DNA of 63,681 bases, the filler included, from an uncultured Methanosarcinales archaeon (GTDB lineage Archaea > Nanobdellota > Nanobdellia > Woesearchaeales > GW2011-AR9), in NCBI GenBank assembly GCA_964434885.1. It is 5 parts of 5 records of this genome, joined end to end, with 100 filler letters (N's around TTAATTAATTAA, not from the genome) between each part and the next. Parts side by side here need not be neighbours in the genome. Positions count along the whole stretch, not along the records: positions 1 to 13,637 come from CAYSWQ010000024.1; positions 13,738 to 26,425 come from CAYSWQ010000025.1; 3 more parts are not named here. One strand, given 5' to 3'. A program made the translations under genes and the position numbers. The notes under the pieces are model-generated. The model was not told the origin of the DNA, did not search any database, and was given only the letters and a program-made list of their open reading frames with translations. How positions within the stretch are numbered: the stretch's first letter is position 1; each line of letters starts with the position of its first letter. Positions 9,971-20,745 of this stretch are shown one piece after another.

Positions 9971-10380
9971 ACTATTTTTATTTCTAAATCAAAAAAACGA
10001 CTCATTATTTTATTAGTTAATTTTATGTTCTCTCCACCCCGACCACAAATTAACCCTTTTACTTTACGATCCTCACCTTTAATCATTACTTTCTCACCTT
10101 CTAAAACTACTTCTTCAGCTCTTAAAGGCCGAATCAAATTTTTAACAAATTCAACTGGATCGGAATTGTATTCAAACACCTTAACTGGTTTTCGTAAAGC
10201 TTCTTTAACTTTCTTAATTATCATTCCCCCTTTTCCAATCATTAATCCCACATCTCCTTTCTCAACAATAATAAAATAAGTATCTCCTTCCAAAAAGCAA
10301 TCTTTGACTCTAGCTCGAGAGATATTACTAAGTATCTTCATAATTCCAAGAAGTTCTTGATTAAAAACAATCTTCCCCAT
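9967..10380 (-). CDS. nusA: Archaeal NusA-like transcription factor (KH domains)
   Basis: IGKGG and GRGG KH loops; conserved position after rpoA''-rpl30e. Confidence 0.93.
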   Translation of the reverse strand: MGKIVFNQELLGIMKILSNISRARVKDCFLEGDTYFIIVEKGDVGLMIGKGGMIIKKVKEALRKPVKVFEYNSDPVEFVKNLIRPLRAEEVVLEGEKVMIKGEDRKVKGLICGRGGENIKLTNKIMSRFFDLEIKIV

Positions 10381-10383
10381 TCT

Positions 10384-10671
10384 CTATCTCTTTTTTACAC
10401 CCATTACTGAAACAAAAAATTGTTTTTTACAAAGACTGCCAATTTCTTCATTATCCATTTTTAAAATAATTACTGGAACATTTAACAAACCAGCATTATA
10501 AACTATATCTTCTTTAACCGCTTTCGGACAATTTTTTGCTAAATATACTTTACTCAATAAACCTTCTTTTAACTGTTTCAATGAATTTTTATTACCTAAA
10601 ATAATTCTTTTTTCTTCTAATTCTTTCTTCAAATCCACAATTTCTGGACTGATTTCTTTCTTTTTTGCCAT
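10384..10671 (-). CDS. rpl30e: 50S ribosomal protein L30e
   Basis: LG.K..LK, LA.NCP and E.G.LCKK.F.VSV motifs; operon context. Confidence 0.92.
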   Translation of the reverse strand: MAKKKEISPEIVDLKKELEEKRIILGNKNSLKQLKEGLLSKVYLAKNCPKAVKEDIVYNAGLLNVPVIILKMDNEEIGSLCKKQFFVSVMGVKKR

Positions 10672-10682
10672 TTTTCATCAAC

Positions 10683-11825
10683 TCATTTCATCTTAGTAAT
10701 CAAACCCGGTAATCCTGTTCCTAAGGGTACTGGTTGATTTACCATTACATTTTCTACTACTGAATTTAATTTATCTTCTTCACCAACTAAAGTGGCATTA
10801 ATGATATGAACGATTGGAGTTTCAAAAGAAGCCCTAGCTAAAACCGAAGCTTTTTCACTAACTACTCCATAACGAGTAATTCCTTTAATATTTCCTCCAA
10901 TCACCATTGTATCTGCTACCAACATAATATGTCTTAAATCGATATTTAAACCTTGGGCATTAATAACTTTACAAGCTTCATCAATAATTGCTTGTCTAGC
11001 TGCTTCTACACCTAAAACTTTACAAATTTCATGAAGGTCATTTGTATTAGTTCTAACAATATCAACTTCATCCATTTCCAAAATACTTTGTAATGAAGTT
11101 CCCGCTGTTAAAACAACAAATTCATCATCTCTTTTAACTGGAAGAACTTGGGTAATTCCCTTCAAACCTTTTAACTTAATAGTTTTAATCTTATCTCCAG
11201 CACTATAAATTTCTTTAATCTCATCAATCTTACCTGTATAATTCAATACAAAAGTATTATCTTCGATATTAATAGTAAAATTCTTAACTTTCTTTTTAAT
11301 CAATTTAGTAAGATCGGTCATCTCCATTCCCAAATCATCTAAAGCACCAGCATCAACTTTAATTTTTAAAACCTGATCCATCAAACTTACTTCTGGTGAA
11401 CCTAAAATAATATCTCCTAATGTAGTTTCTTTAATACTAGCAGCAAACTTTTTAACTTGATCTGCAGTCATTTTTTTCTTAAAATAAATTTCCATTGTTG
11501 GAGTACTAATTGTTTTTCGCGCATCAAAAATCTCTATTAATCGAGGAAGACCCATTGTTACGTTCATCTCCGCAACTCCCGCGAAGTGGAAGGTTCTCAA
11601 AACCATCTGTGTTCCTGGTTCCCCAATACTTTCTGCCGAAATTAATCCAATACATTCACCAGCATGAATTTTAGCTTTATTATGTGCTAACATAACCTTA
11701 TCCATAATTTTATCTAATTTATCTTTAGTAATATTATCTGGTAAATTTTCTTTAATTTCATCTAGTATCTTCGGTGGTAATTTCCCTTTGTATGAATCAA
11801 CTTGAGTTTCGATTTCTTTTTTCAT
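10683..11825 (-). CDS. rpoA2: DNA-directed RNA polymerase subunit A'' (Rpo1C)
   Basis: SIGEPGTQM.LRTFHFAGV, GLPRLIE, DLRHIMLVAD and RASFET motifs. Confidence 0.97.
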   Translation of the reverse strand: MKKEIETQVDSYKGKLPPKILDEIKENLPDNITKDKLDKIMDKVMLAHNKAKIHAGECIGLISAESIGEPGTQMVLRTFHFAGVAEMNVTMGLPRLIEIFDARKTISTPTMEIYFKKKMTADQVKKFAASIKETTLGDIILGSPEVSLMDQVLKIKVDAGALDDLGMEMTDLTKLIKKKVKNFTINIEDNTFVLNYTGKIDEIKEIYSAGDKIKTIKLKGLKGITQVLPVKRDDEFVVLTAGTSLQSILEMDEVDIVRTNTNDLHEICKVLGVEAARQAIIDEACKVINAQGLNIDLRHIMLVADTMVIGGNIKGITRYGVVSEKASVLARASFETPIVHIINATLVGEEDKLNSVVENVMVNQPVPLGTGLPGLITKMK

Positions 11826-11845
11826 TTTTCAAATTTTAATTATAG

Positions 11846-13637
11846 TTATTTCAAACTTGCAGTTTCAATTATTCTTTTAACGTTAACAATTCCACCTTCT
11901 GTTCGAGAAACATCTAACCCGTCGTCTCCAAAAGTAAATTGCACGATTCTTTTATTTGCATCTCTTACAGTTTGATCATATTCAACTTTCAAATCCTGCA
12001 TAGCGTTCGACAATCTTCTATATAAATATCCAGATTTTGGTGTCCGCAAAGCAGTATCCATTAATGAGTCTCTTCCTGTCATCGCTCCGAAGAAAAACTC
12101 ATATGGTTTTAATCCAGACTTAAAACTGTTTTTAATAAATCCTCTCGCTCGAGGTGTTAAATCGCCTTTCTTAAAATATGATAAAGTTCTGTCTTTAAAT
12201 CCTCTCTCAATTCTTTTTCCTCTCAAAGCTTGCTGACCCACAACTGCAGTCATTTGAGCAATATTCAAAATATTTCCTCGAGAACCACACTTTGCCATTG
12301 TTAAGATTCCACTCTCTTTTACTTCTTTCATAACAATGTCTCCACTCTCGTTTCTTACTTTATTTAAAACTTCTAAAATTCTTAATTCTAATGTTTCAGC
12401 CATATCTAATCCAGGCAATAATTCTAAAGAACCATCTTTACTTTGAGCAATTAACTGGTCAATTTTTTCTTCTGCTCTATCCAAAACACCTTTCACATCA
12501 TCTTGTGTTTTTTCAACAATATCGATATCTCCGATTCCTACAGAAAAACCTTTTTTCAACAAAACAGCCACACCTAACTTAGCAATTTTTTCCAGTAAAT
12601 CGGCAGTAAAAGCATCTCCATACTGTTCAAAAATATTTCTCAACATTAATCCACTTTCTTGACCTAAATTTGATTTATCCATTACTCCACTTTTCAAGAT
12701 ACCATTAACAATCTTAACAATTGTTCCACTTTTATCTTTTCCAACAAAATCAAATCCTGCCGGCAATAAAACCGAAAACAATTCTTGTCCATTTATTTTA
12801 GGTTTATCTGGTAATTTTGAAAAATCATTAACTCCTGCTTGATACAACATGTCAATTGCATCTTCTCGAGAAAAATTATCGTCTGTAGTAATTAAAAAGT
12901 TTCCAGTAATTGCGTCTTGAATACAACCAACAACACTTAAACCATATCTTGGACTAATAATCTGAGTTTGAACTAACATCAAAACTTCTGCTTCTGCTCT
13001 AGCTTCTTCTGTCTGCGGAATATGTAAGTTCATCTCGTCCCCATCGAAATCCGCGTTATATGGATTACATACTAAAGGATTCAATCTTAATGTTCTTCCT
13101 GGTAAAACTTTAACTTGATGACACATCATACTCATTCTGTGTAGAGATGGTTGCCGGTTAAACAAAGCAATATCTCCATCAATCAAATGTCTTTCTACCA
13201 AAAAACCAACACTTAATTCTTCTAAGATTTCTTCTTGAGTTTCAGAAGTAATTGCTTTTCTTTTTCCATCTGGTCTGATTACATAATTTGCTCCTGGGTA
13301 TTTTGTAGGTCCATTTTCAACAAATTTTTTCAAATAATTAAAATTCCATTCAGTTACTCTTTCTGGCACAGTTAAATTATTAGCCATATCTTGTGGTACT
13401 CCAACTTCATTAATCTTCAACATTGGGTCTGGACTAACAACAGTTCTAGCTGAAAAGTTAGTTCTTTTTCCGGCTAAGTTATGTCTAATTCTTCCTTCTT
13501 TACTTTTAATCCGATCAGTTAAAGTCTTTAACACTTGACCACTTCTATGTCTTGCCGGCGGAATTTGGGTAACTGCATTATCAAAATAAGTAGTAATATG
13601 ATATTGTAATAAATCCCAAAGATCTTCAATAATAACT
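11846..13637 (-). CDS. rpoA1: DNA-directed RNA polymerase subunit A' (Rpo1N); 5' part truncated by assembly gap
   Basis: Catalytic YNADFDGDEMN, NRQPSLH and LMDTALRTPKSGY. The frame stays open upstream (DLWDLLQYH) to the gap at 13638. Confidence 0.97.
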
Positions 13638-13737
13638 NNNNNNNNNNNNNNNNNNNNNNNNNNNNNNNNNNNNNNNNNNNNTTAATTAATTAANNNNNNN
13701 NNNNNNNNNNNNNNNNNNNNNNNNNNNNNNNNNNNNN
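13638..13737. other. Assembly gap with artificial stop-codon linker
   Basis: 100-nt spacer of Ns containing TTAATTAATTAA. Confidence 0.97.
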
Positions 13738-13824
13738 AAAGAAGGAGTATAGGGTTGAAGATGGGAAAAGTAAGTTTGCATTACTCTTTTTACTCCCAAA
13801 CTTAACTTATCAACCAAATACATT

Positions 13825-14400
13825 TTATTGTTTTCTTAGATTAGCTCTTCTACTTGGTCTTGCTTTTTCTGCGCCTTTACCTTTGTTTCTTAATCCACGC
13901 ATTTTTCGACCAGCACTAGTTTTTCCTCGGAAAACTCTACTTCTGTGTTTTTTATCACAGATCCAGTTGATTTTCTTATCAGATTTGATTACTGGGTGAG
14001 CTGGATCTACTAAAATAACTTCAAACCAATAATATTTTCCATCTTGGGCTACCCAATATGAATTTAGAACAGATAAATTTTTGAATTTTTTCTGACATCT
14101 TTCTTCAGCAATAACTTGATAGTTTTTTCTTAAGCTTAATCTTTGACCATAGTTTTTACTTCTTCTTCCTTTTTTAATCATTGGTCTTCGATGTCCACCA
14201 CGTAAAACTCTTTGTCTAACAACAACAATTCCTTGTTTAGCTTTATATCCTAATGATCTAGCTCGATCAATTCTTGTTGGACGTTCTAATTTAACTGTAG
14301 AATTCTCTTTTCTCCAAGCGATTAATCTTTCTCGCCATAATCCACCTAAATTTTCTTTAGGTCTTTTCCAAAGTTCTCTTACTTGTTTGTATAAACTCAT
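13825..14400 (-). CDS. rpl15e: 50S ribosomal protein L15e
   Basis: [37 protein letters not shown] and RVFRG.TSAG motifs. Confidence 0.97.
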   Translation of the reverse strand: MSLYKQVRELWKRPKENLGGLWRERLIAWRKENSTVKLERPTRIDRARSLGYKAKQGIVVVRQRVLRGGHRRPMIKKGRRSKNYGQRLSLRKNYQVIAEERCQKKFKNLSVLNSYWVAQDGKYYWFEVILVDPAHPVIKSDKKINWICDKKHRSRVFRGKTSAGRKMRGLRNKGKGAEKARPSRRANLRKQ

Positions 14401-14465
14401 TTTATGTACCCTCCGTTGTTTTGTACTTATTGTATAGATTCAGGGAAGGTAGTCCCCACATTTCT
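14401..14465 (-). promoter_or_regulatory. Long structured 5' leader of rpl15e (candidate ribosomal-protein autoregulatory leader)
   Basis: GC-richer leader GTGGGGACTACCTTCCCTGAATC...GGAGGGT lies between a TATA-like box and the start codon. eL15 leaders are described in Euryarchaeota; a match was not verified. Confidence 0.4.
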
Positions 14466-14509
14466 ATATTTATTATCAAAATGATTGTTATTTAAAAAGA
14501 TTTGGTAAA

Positions 14510-15178
14510 TTATTGTTGTGGTAAAGTGAAAGCTGTCCTTAATGCATCAGTTGAGTATTTTAAATCTAGTTTTTCGATTGCTTTTTTGGCGTGGTGGATG
14601 TTTTGACTAGTGTTATTTCTGAATAGATAAGGTAGTACATCTGTTCCTTGGTGTGATAATAAGAAGTTAAGAATTGCAATCGCACCAGTACATCCACCTA
14701 AGAGAGGATTTGTTGCTATAACTAGGGGAGAATATATTCCATTTAGTAGAAATCCAAGATTTAATCTTTTGTTAATTTTATGGTTTAGATTTTCTTTTTG
14801 GCCAAGTATCAAATATGGTAAGTTACTTTCTAAACTTCTTTTTTCTTTTTTAGAAATTTGAGCGTAGAAGTGATTAGGGAAAGTTAAACAAAATTTATTT
14901 TCAGGGCCTAAGATTGTTCTTCCTTCAATTAAAACATCATTATTTTCTTCGTTTTCTCTAGTATAAGCTACTGCTTGGCCGTCTTTGAAATATTTGCTTT
15001 GAACATCTTTAGATGAGTAACCCAATTCACAAAGCAAGTCTTGAAATTCTCCAGATTTATGTAAATCTAAAATCTTTTTACTTGCTCTGTCATCTACTTC
15101 ATTAGCTTGATTAAATAGTGATTGAAAACGTTCGATTTTTGTTTCTAATCTTACATCTCTTCTATAAATATCTGTCAT
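14510..15178 (-). CDS. Hypothetical protein with C-terminal hydrophobic segment
   Basis: 222-aa ORF, no recognised motif. Confidence 0.7.
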   Translation of the reverse strand: MTDIYRRDVRLETKIERFQSLFNQANEVDDRASKKILDLHKSGEFQDLLCELGYSSKDVQSKYFKDGQAVAYTRENEENNDVLIEGRTILGPENKFCLTFPNHFYAQISKKEKRSLESNLPYLILGQKENLNHKINKRLNLGFLLNGIYSPLVIATNPLLGGCTGAIAILNFLLSHQGTDVLPYLFRNNTSQNIHHAKKAIEKLDLKYSTDALRTAFTLPQQ

Positions 15179-15285
15179 TTTTGACTAAAAACGACGTATA
15201 TTTTTAAGGTTTCTTGATGGTTTTTATCAAAAATCATCATTCTTTAGTAGATACCTTTAAATAATGCTCTTAATTTTGGATATAA

Positions 15286-15639
15286 ATGGGAAAGATTGGA
15301 AATTTTAGAATGGCGGTGGCGGGATTAGTGTACTTAGTTAGTAATGCAACTGATTATTTTGATACAGTTAACCATCTGGATTATTTGAAAAATAGGGAGC
15401 AAGAAAGAAGCCTATATCATAAAAAAGAGATGGAGAGATTGAAAGGAATTGAAAAAAGAGTTAATGAACTTTCCAAGGAATTAGATCAAATTGAAAAGGA
15501 GCAGGCTAGTGGTGTGATGGAAAAAGGGTCAAAGCTTTTCTATTTAACCAGAGAAAAGGGAAAACTAATAGTTAATTGGAAACATAATGGGAAAAAAGTA
15601 TATTGGACTCCTGAGGGGAAAGAAATCCAGGTGAATTAA
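15286..15639 (+). CDS. Hypothetical coiled-coil protein upstream of the cyclase
   Basis: 117-aa ORF ending 1 nt before the cyclase start. Confidence 0.65.
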   Translation: MGKIGNFRMAVAGLVYLVSNATDYFDTVNHLDYLKNREQERSLYHKKEMERLKGIEKRVNELSKELDQIEKEQASGVMEKGSKLFYLTREKGKLIVNWKHNGKKVYWTPEGKEIQVN

Positions 15640-15640
15640 A

Positions 15641-17215
15641 ATGGCGAAAGCAATTGCAAAATTAACTAAAAGATTACGATCAAAAGAAATTCAATCTAAA
15701 ATTTTAGATGATTTAGATAAGATTAAGGATTTGACAAATGATAAAGATGAATTCTTAGAATATATTCAAGAATTGGTGATTAGGATTTTTAAAACTGATT
15801 ATTGTTTTTTAATTATGAAAGAAAATAATTCTTTAAATATCAAAAATACTAACTATCCAAGAGAATTTAATGAAGATTTATTCTTAAATTTAGCAGAAGA
15901 TTTGATTAATGAAAGAAAATATTTGGTAGTAAGTAATACAAGTAAACACAAGAATATAAAAAAACACAAAATCAAATCTTTATTGGCAGCTGGAAATAGT
16001 TCGAAAGGACAAGAATTAGTAATTGTTTTAGGTGGTCGGAAAAAAAGAAAATGGAATAAAGCTGATTTAGATAAGTTAATGACTTTATTAAAAGGTTCTT
16101 TAAAATCATTAGAAAGTTTAGGATTAAAAGAAGAATTAGGAACAAAAAGCAGAGAATTAGAGTTTATTGATCGAATTAGTAAATTGAGAGATACAATTAC
16201 AGATTATGATAAATTAGTAGTAGAGATATTAAAAGAAATTAAGAAAGAGATTAAATGTGATTTAAGTTATTTCTATTTAGATGGAGAAGAATCAAGGTTT
16301 TTAGTGGCGGGAAAACCAATGCAATCTGATTTTATTCAAGGAAGTAAAAGAAAGATAAACTTGTGTAATCGAAAAGCCACAGAAGAAGCAAAAATGTATC
16401 AATTTGAAGGATTGAATGAATATATTGATGATTTGGCTTGTGTTCCTTTTTTGATTTCTCAGAAATCTCATGGAGTTATTGGGGTTGTAAATTCGGAAAA
16501 ATCAGTTAAGATTTTACCTACAATTGCTAAACAAGTTAATTTAGTTTTATCTGAAAATTGGAAGCAATCTAAGATAAAAAATGTTTTTTCAAATTATGTT
16601 TCTCCGGAAATTATTGAAATGATGTTGAGAAATAAAGAAAAAGACTATCTTCAGACCAAAAAGGAAGAGATTACAGTGTTGTTTTCAGATATTAGGGGAT
16701 TTACCAAGCTTTCAGAAAAAGTGCCTCCTGAGAAGATTGTGGAGATGATGAATGAGCATCTTAATATCATGACAGAGATTATTCTTAAGAATAAAGGAAT
16801 GGTTGATAAATTTGTAGGGGATGCGATTATGGCAGTTTGGGGAGTTCCGGTTTATCAAGAAAGTCATGCTTATCGGGCAGTTAATGCTGGTTTTGAGATG
16901 CAGAAAGCACAAAAGAAATTAGAAAGAAAGTATGCTAAAGAAGGTTTGAAGTTTGTGATGGGTGTGGGAGTGAATACTGGGGAAGCAATTGTTGGCAATA
17001 TTGGAAGTAATTTGAAAATGGATTATACAGTGATTGGAGACATGGTAAATACTGCTAGCCGTATTTGTGGGGCTGCTGATTCGGGGCAAGTTTTGATTTC
17101 AGAAGAAACTTTTCGGGAAGCACAAAAAAGTGTGAAAACTGTTAAGTTAGATCCTATTTCCGTTAAGAATAAGAGTAAGAAATTACAGATTTATGAAGTT
17201 AAAGGGATAAAATGA
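15641..17215 (+). CDS. Class III adenylate cyclase with N-terminal GAF-like domains
   Basis: LFSDIRGFT, DKFVGDAIMA, GVNTG and DYTVIGDMVNTASR. The Lys/Asp specificity pair indicates ATP. Confidence 0.92.
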   Translation: MAKAIAKLTKRLRSKEIQSKILDDLDKIKDLTNDKDEFLEYIQELVIRIFKTDYCFLIMKENNSLNIKNTNYPREFNEDLFLNLAEDLINERKYLVVSNTSKHKNIKKHKIKSLLAAGNSSKGQELVIVLGGRKKRKWNKADLDKLMTLLKGSLKSLESLGLKEELGTKSRELEFIDRISKLRDTITDYDKLVVEILKEIKKEIKCDLSYFYLDGEESRFLVAGKPMQSDFIQGSKRKINLCNRKATEEAKMYQFEGLNEYIDDLACVPFLISQKSHGVIGVVNSEKSVKILPTIAKQVNLVLSENWKQSKIKNVFSNYVSPEIIEMMLRNKEKDYLQTKKEEITVLFSDIRGFTKLSEKVPPEKIVEMMNEHLNIMTEIILKNKGMVDKFVGDAIMAVWGVPVYQESHAYRAVNAGFEMQKAQKKLERKYAKEGLKFVMGVGVNTGEAIVGNIGSNLKMDYTVIGDMVNTASRICGAADSGQVLISEETFREAQKSVKTVKLDPISVKNKSKKLQIYEVKGIK

Positions 17216-17448
17216 GTAAATTAGAATTGTTTTATGAAGTAACTGAGGATCGGATGAAATTATATTGCCGAAAGAATCTAGGAACAGGAGATGAATTTTT
17301 ACATCCAATTGGGGGATGTTATCATGTTGGTGATGATGTGGAAGAATCTGTAGAAACAATTTTGAAAAGAATGGATTATGATACTCTTGATTATGTTGTT
17401 ACAGAATTAGTTGTTGGTAGAAGAAGTGAAGGTGAATTGAAAAAATGA
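17212..17448 (+). CDS. Small hypothetical protein coupled to the cyclase
   Basis: ATGA overlap with the cyclase stop. Confidence 0.6.
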   Translation: MSKLELFYEVTEDRMKLYCRKNLGTGDEFLHPIGGCYHVGDDVEESVETILKRMDYDTLDYVVTELVVGRRSEGELKK

Positions 17449-17718
17449 TTATAATTTAGCAACTTCCTTTTTGAATTCTGCTGCTTGTTTTTTGATACCT
17501 GCGAGAGCTTTTTTTAGTGCGTCTCTTGGTTCAATTCCATTAGTTTCGATTAAGAATTTAGGAACTCCAACTAAAGGGTGTTCTATTCGATAAGAAGCAA
17601 CATTAATTCCTTTTACTTTCCATAAAGATTCTTTTAATAAATCACAGAAAGTGTGGTCTTCGCCTTTTAATTCAAAAACCATTCTTTTTTTGCTTTCTTC
17701 TAAAATATTAATTTCCAT
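17449..17718 (-). CDS. rpoL: DNA-directed RNA polymerase subunit L (Rpo11)
   Basis: GEDHTF..LL and ASYRIEHPL motifs. Confidence 0.95.
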   Translation of the reverse strand: MEINILEESKKRMVFELKGEDHTFCDLLKESLWKVKGINVASYRIEHPLVGVPKFLIETNGIEPRDALKKALAGIKKQAAEFKKEVAKL

Positions 17719-17763
17719 TTTTACTACTAATTTGGTGTTTATTTAAATAGTTTTCGAGTAAAA

Positions 17764-18387
17764 TTAAATTTTCTCCATTCTCCATAAACTGACATCAACC
17801 TTTTTAACTGGTTTTTGATGGAATTTGAATGTTGATTTGATAGGAAATTCATAGTCATAAATAGCAGTGATATTGAATTTAAAGTCTTTGGAAATTGCTT
17901 CGACAAAATTTTTAGTTACTGATTTATGCATCGACCAGATTACTTTACCGACGACAAAAGCAGTTTCTAGAAATATTTTGTCAATGTGTTTAGTTTTAGT
18001 TCCGAAAGGAGGATTTTGTAAAACTGTGTCAACTTCTTCGTCGAATAGAGAAATGTCATGTAAGATAAATTCAGCATTTTTGATTTCATATTTTTGTTTA
18101 ATTTTTTCATAATTTTCTTGACATAATTTGATCGCTTCTTGATCTTTGTCGACGAAGAATACTTTTTTTGCCCCCATCAATAAAGCAGCAATGCCAACAA
18201 TTCCGGGTCCACAAGCGGCGTCTAAAATCGTTCTATTTCTGATGTCTCCTTTCATTGCTGCTTGCCAAATCCAATCAGCAGCGATACTTGCAGGAGTAGC
18301 ATATTGTTCTAATTCCCAAGAAGGATTTTCAAAGTCTTTTAAAGACGACAAAACTAATTCTAAATCTTTTTTTGAACGAATAGACAT
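17764..18387 (-). CDS. METTL5-like N6-adenine RNA methyltransferase
   Basis: LEQYATP, DAACGPG and QNPPFG motifs. Confidence 0.9.
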   Translation of the reverse strand: MSIRSKKDLELVLSSLKDFENPSWELEQYATPASIAADWIWQAAMKGDIRNRTILDAACGPGIVGIAALLMGAKKVFFVDKDQEAIKLCQENYEKIKQKYEIKNAEFILHDISLFDEEVDTVLQNPPFGTKTKHIDKIFLETAFVVGKVIWSMHKSVTKNFVEAISKDFKFNITAIYDYEFPIKSTFKFHQKPVKKVDVSLWRMEKI

Positions 18388-18456
18388 AAAGGTTGTAATG
18401 TATTTGTTTTTATTAACTTTTTTATTTAGATAGTGTAAGAACAGAAAGAATATAAA

Positions 18457-18942
18457 TTGGACTTAAATTTTTATTTTATGGTTAGTCAAAAACTCTTTAT
18501 TGTTGATAAAGGATTGGAAGTTTGGGTTGATCTTTATAGTCGACAACAATCTAAAGAATATATTCTAGGAAAGAAAGGGTGGATTTATCAATCTCAAGGA
18601 CATTTTAGTGAGAAGAACCAAGAAAAAGAAATTACTACTGTTTTTGGAGCAGTGATTAATAATTGTTTAGAACAAATTGGAGAAATTGTAGGAATTGATT
18701 ATTCAAATTTTAAACAATTTGCTTATATGTTAGGAATTACCGATGGTGAAAATGGTTATTTTGGTAAACATTTTGATGAGTGTTATCAAGAAAAATTAGT
18801 TAGGTTTAATTCTGGTTATGGGAAAGAAGCAGTTTTTTTTCCGACCCGTAAAATGATGGATAAAATGTATCTAAAAAAATTAGGACCAATAATAGAACCT
18901 AATCCAGTTTTAGATGCATTAAAGACGCTAAAAAGAAGATAA
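18457..18942 (+). CDS. Hypothetical protein (start more likely ATG 18478)
   Basis: 161-aa ORF, no motif recognised. Confidence 0.6.
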   Translation: MDLNFYFMVSQKLFIVDKGLEVWVDLYSRQQSKEYILGKKGWIYQSQGHFSEKNQEKEITTVFGAVINNCLEQIGEIVGIDYSNFKQFAYMLGITDGENGYFGKHFDECYQEKLVRFNSGYGKEAVFFPTRKMMDKMYLKKLGPIIEPNPVLDALKTLKRR

Positions 18943-19054
18943 ATTTAGTAACCACTGGCTAGCACTCCCGAAACATATTTAAATGCAAAGGAAATCCAAA
19001 AAGTTAGGGTGGTAGGATATTTTGGGTAGTGAAAAGTAGATAAAATAATAAAAA

Positions 19055-19576
19055 ATGAAAAAAAAAGAATGGATCGAGTTTGATGAAAAATTCAAAAAAA
19101 ATCTATTAGTTATTAAACAAAATCTTTCTGAGCATCTTTCTGCAATCAACGAAAACACTTCTGAAATTCAAGGCGTATTTGATTATTTTCATGAGTTGGA
19201 TGGGAAACTAGAAAAATTAGGTCAAAGGTTAGATCAAATTCAAATGGAGAATGGTGTTGATAAGGAAAAACCTTTTGTTGCCCCATTAGACCAAAAGGAA
19301 AAGAAGATTTTTTTAGCATTGTATACAGAAGAAAAACCATTGAATAGTTTTGAGTTATCTGAAAAAGCAAAAGTTCCACTTTCTATTGTAAGAGATTTAT
19401 TGTCAGTAATTATCCAAAAAGGAATTCCAATAAAAAGAAGTTTTATGAATAATCATACTTATTATCAAATTGATTCTGAATTTAAAGAATGGCAAGCTAA
19501 AGAAGGAATTCTTAATTTATCTTTGAATGAATTTTTAGAAATGCCAGTACAAACAAAATTAAAGAATTATGTTTGA
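19055..19576 (+). CDS. Coiled-coil plus C-terminal winged-helix protein
   Basis: Heptad N-terminus; L...EKKIF..L...L...ELS.K.....SIVR..L..I..KG HTH pattern. Confidence 0.7.
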   Translation: MKKKEWIEFDEKFKKNLLVIKQNLSEHLSAINENTSEIQGVFDYFHELDGKLEKLGQRLDQIQMENGVDKEKPFVAPLDQKEKKIFLALYTEEKPLNSFELSEKAKVPLSIVRDLLSVIIQKGIPIKRSFMNNHTYYQIDSEFKEWQAKEGILNLSLNEFLEMPVQTKLKNYV

Positions 19577-19749
19577 TTTGGTTTATGATATTTTGGATCG
19601 TGTGTTTTACTTTGATATGGGAATAAACCGTGGTCGTAGTTTTTTTCTAGATTATCGAAAAATTCTTCTACAATTTTTTCACCAGTTAAACCTTTGGTAG
19701 CTGAATAGAGTTTATGTGCTGTGGATTTAAATAAATCTGTAATGGTCAT
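19567..19749 (-). CDS. Small hypothetical protein
   Basis: 60-aa ORF with an upstream TATA-like box. Confidence 0.5.
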   Translation of the reverse strand: MTITDLFKSTAHKLYSATKGLTGEKIVEEFFDNLEKNYDHGLFPYQSKTHDPKYHKPNQT

Positions 19750-19821
19750 TTTTAATTATTATAGTTGAGTATATATAAATTCTACGGATTATTTTCGGGG
19801 ATTTTTCTTAGTTCTAATTAA

Positions 19822-19939
19822 AATAAAACTTTTAATCAAAGATAAAATCTTTTATTGTAAAAAGTTAGTAGAATTTTTAGTAAATTATAATATGTTTTAT
19901 TCTTGAAAGTTTTAAGCAATTCTTTTAGATTTTTTATTT
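19822..19939. repeat. 118-bp direct repeat, left copy
   Basis: Identical to 21418-21535 (AATAAAACTTTTAATCAAAGATAAAATC...TTAGATTTTTTATTT). Confidence 0.92.
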
Positions 19940-20007
19940 ATGTTTTTTACTTTTGAGTTGTTAAGAGAAACATAATATTTATAAAATTTTGAAATTTAGT
20001 TAGGAAA

Positions 20008-20547
20008 ATGTATGATAGATATGGTTTGTTGGAAAAAGTAGTTAAAAATAATAATTTGCCGATTTTGGTATTAAGTCCTCCAAATAGTCCTGTCGAGAGT
20101 AAGTTTAAAGGTATTGTTGGAAATAGAATAATTGGAATTGAAACTAAATTGGCTGTTTCTTCTACAGATTTGAGAGTTTATTCTAAAATTCGAAAAGGAG
20201 AAGGTTCTTTGTTAGTTTGTGGTGTTGATAATAAAGAAATAAATGGTTATTCTAATAATGGAGTAGACATAAGAGAAGGAGTTCATTTTTTAAGAAATGT
20301 TGAAAAAATGGGGTTTCCCACTATTTTGTTAACTTATTGTCTTAAACAGAATAATTATTTTAATAGGGGCAGTAAAGGTAATAATCCAACATTGAAACAA
20401 ATGGTTGATGAGATGCCACATGTTTTATGTTCATCTTTAGAAAAAAAATTTGAAGAAGATCTGCTTTTTGTATTGGGGTGTTATTTGAAAGGTGAATTTA
20501 TTGCTGCAGGTAAAGACACTTCTTTTTATCAAAAAGGATTAAAATAA
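20008..20547 (+). CDS. Hypothetical protein inside the repeat-flanked module
   Basis: 179-aa ORF with alpha/beta character. Confidence 0.65.
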   Translation: MYDRYGLLEKVVKNNNLPILVLSPPNSPVESKFKGIVGNRIIGIETKLAVSSTDLRVYSKIRKGEGSLLVCGVDNKEINGYSNNGVDIREGVHFLRNVEKMGFPTILLTYCLKQNNYFNRGSKGNNPTLKQMVDEMPHVLCSSLEKKFEEDLLFVLGCYLKGEFIAAGKDTSFYQKGLK

Positions 20548-20745
20548 TGGCTTAAATAGATGGGTTTTAAGCGATTTTTATTGATGATGCTGATTAGTTC
20601 TTGTGTTTTGAAAAGAGTGTTGAGAAAGTGTTTAAATGCTTCATTTTCTTAAACGTAACACAATAGCCAAAACATGACATAAAATGTAATAAAAAGTACT
20701 TAAAACGTAACATTTAAATAATTCATTACCTTTTCTTTGAAAATT

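Noticed and set aside
13682..13693. TTAATTAATTAA palindrome recurring inside N runs (also in the gaps at 26426, 39029 and 51576)
   Set aside because: It is an artificial all-frame stop linker used to concatenate contigs, not biology.
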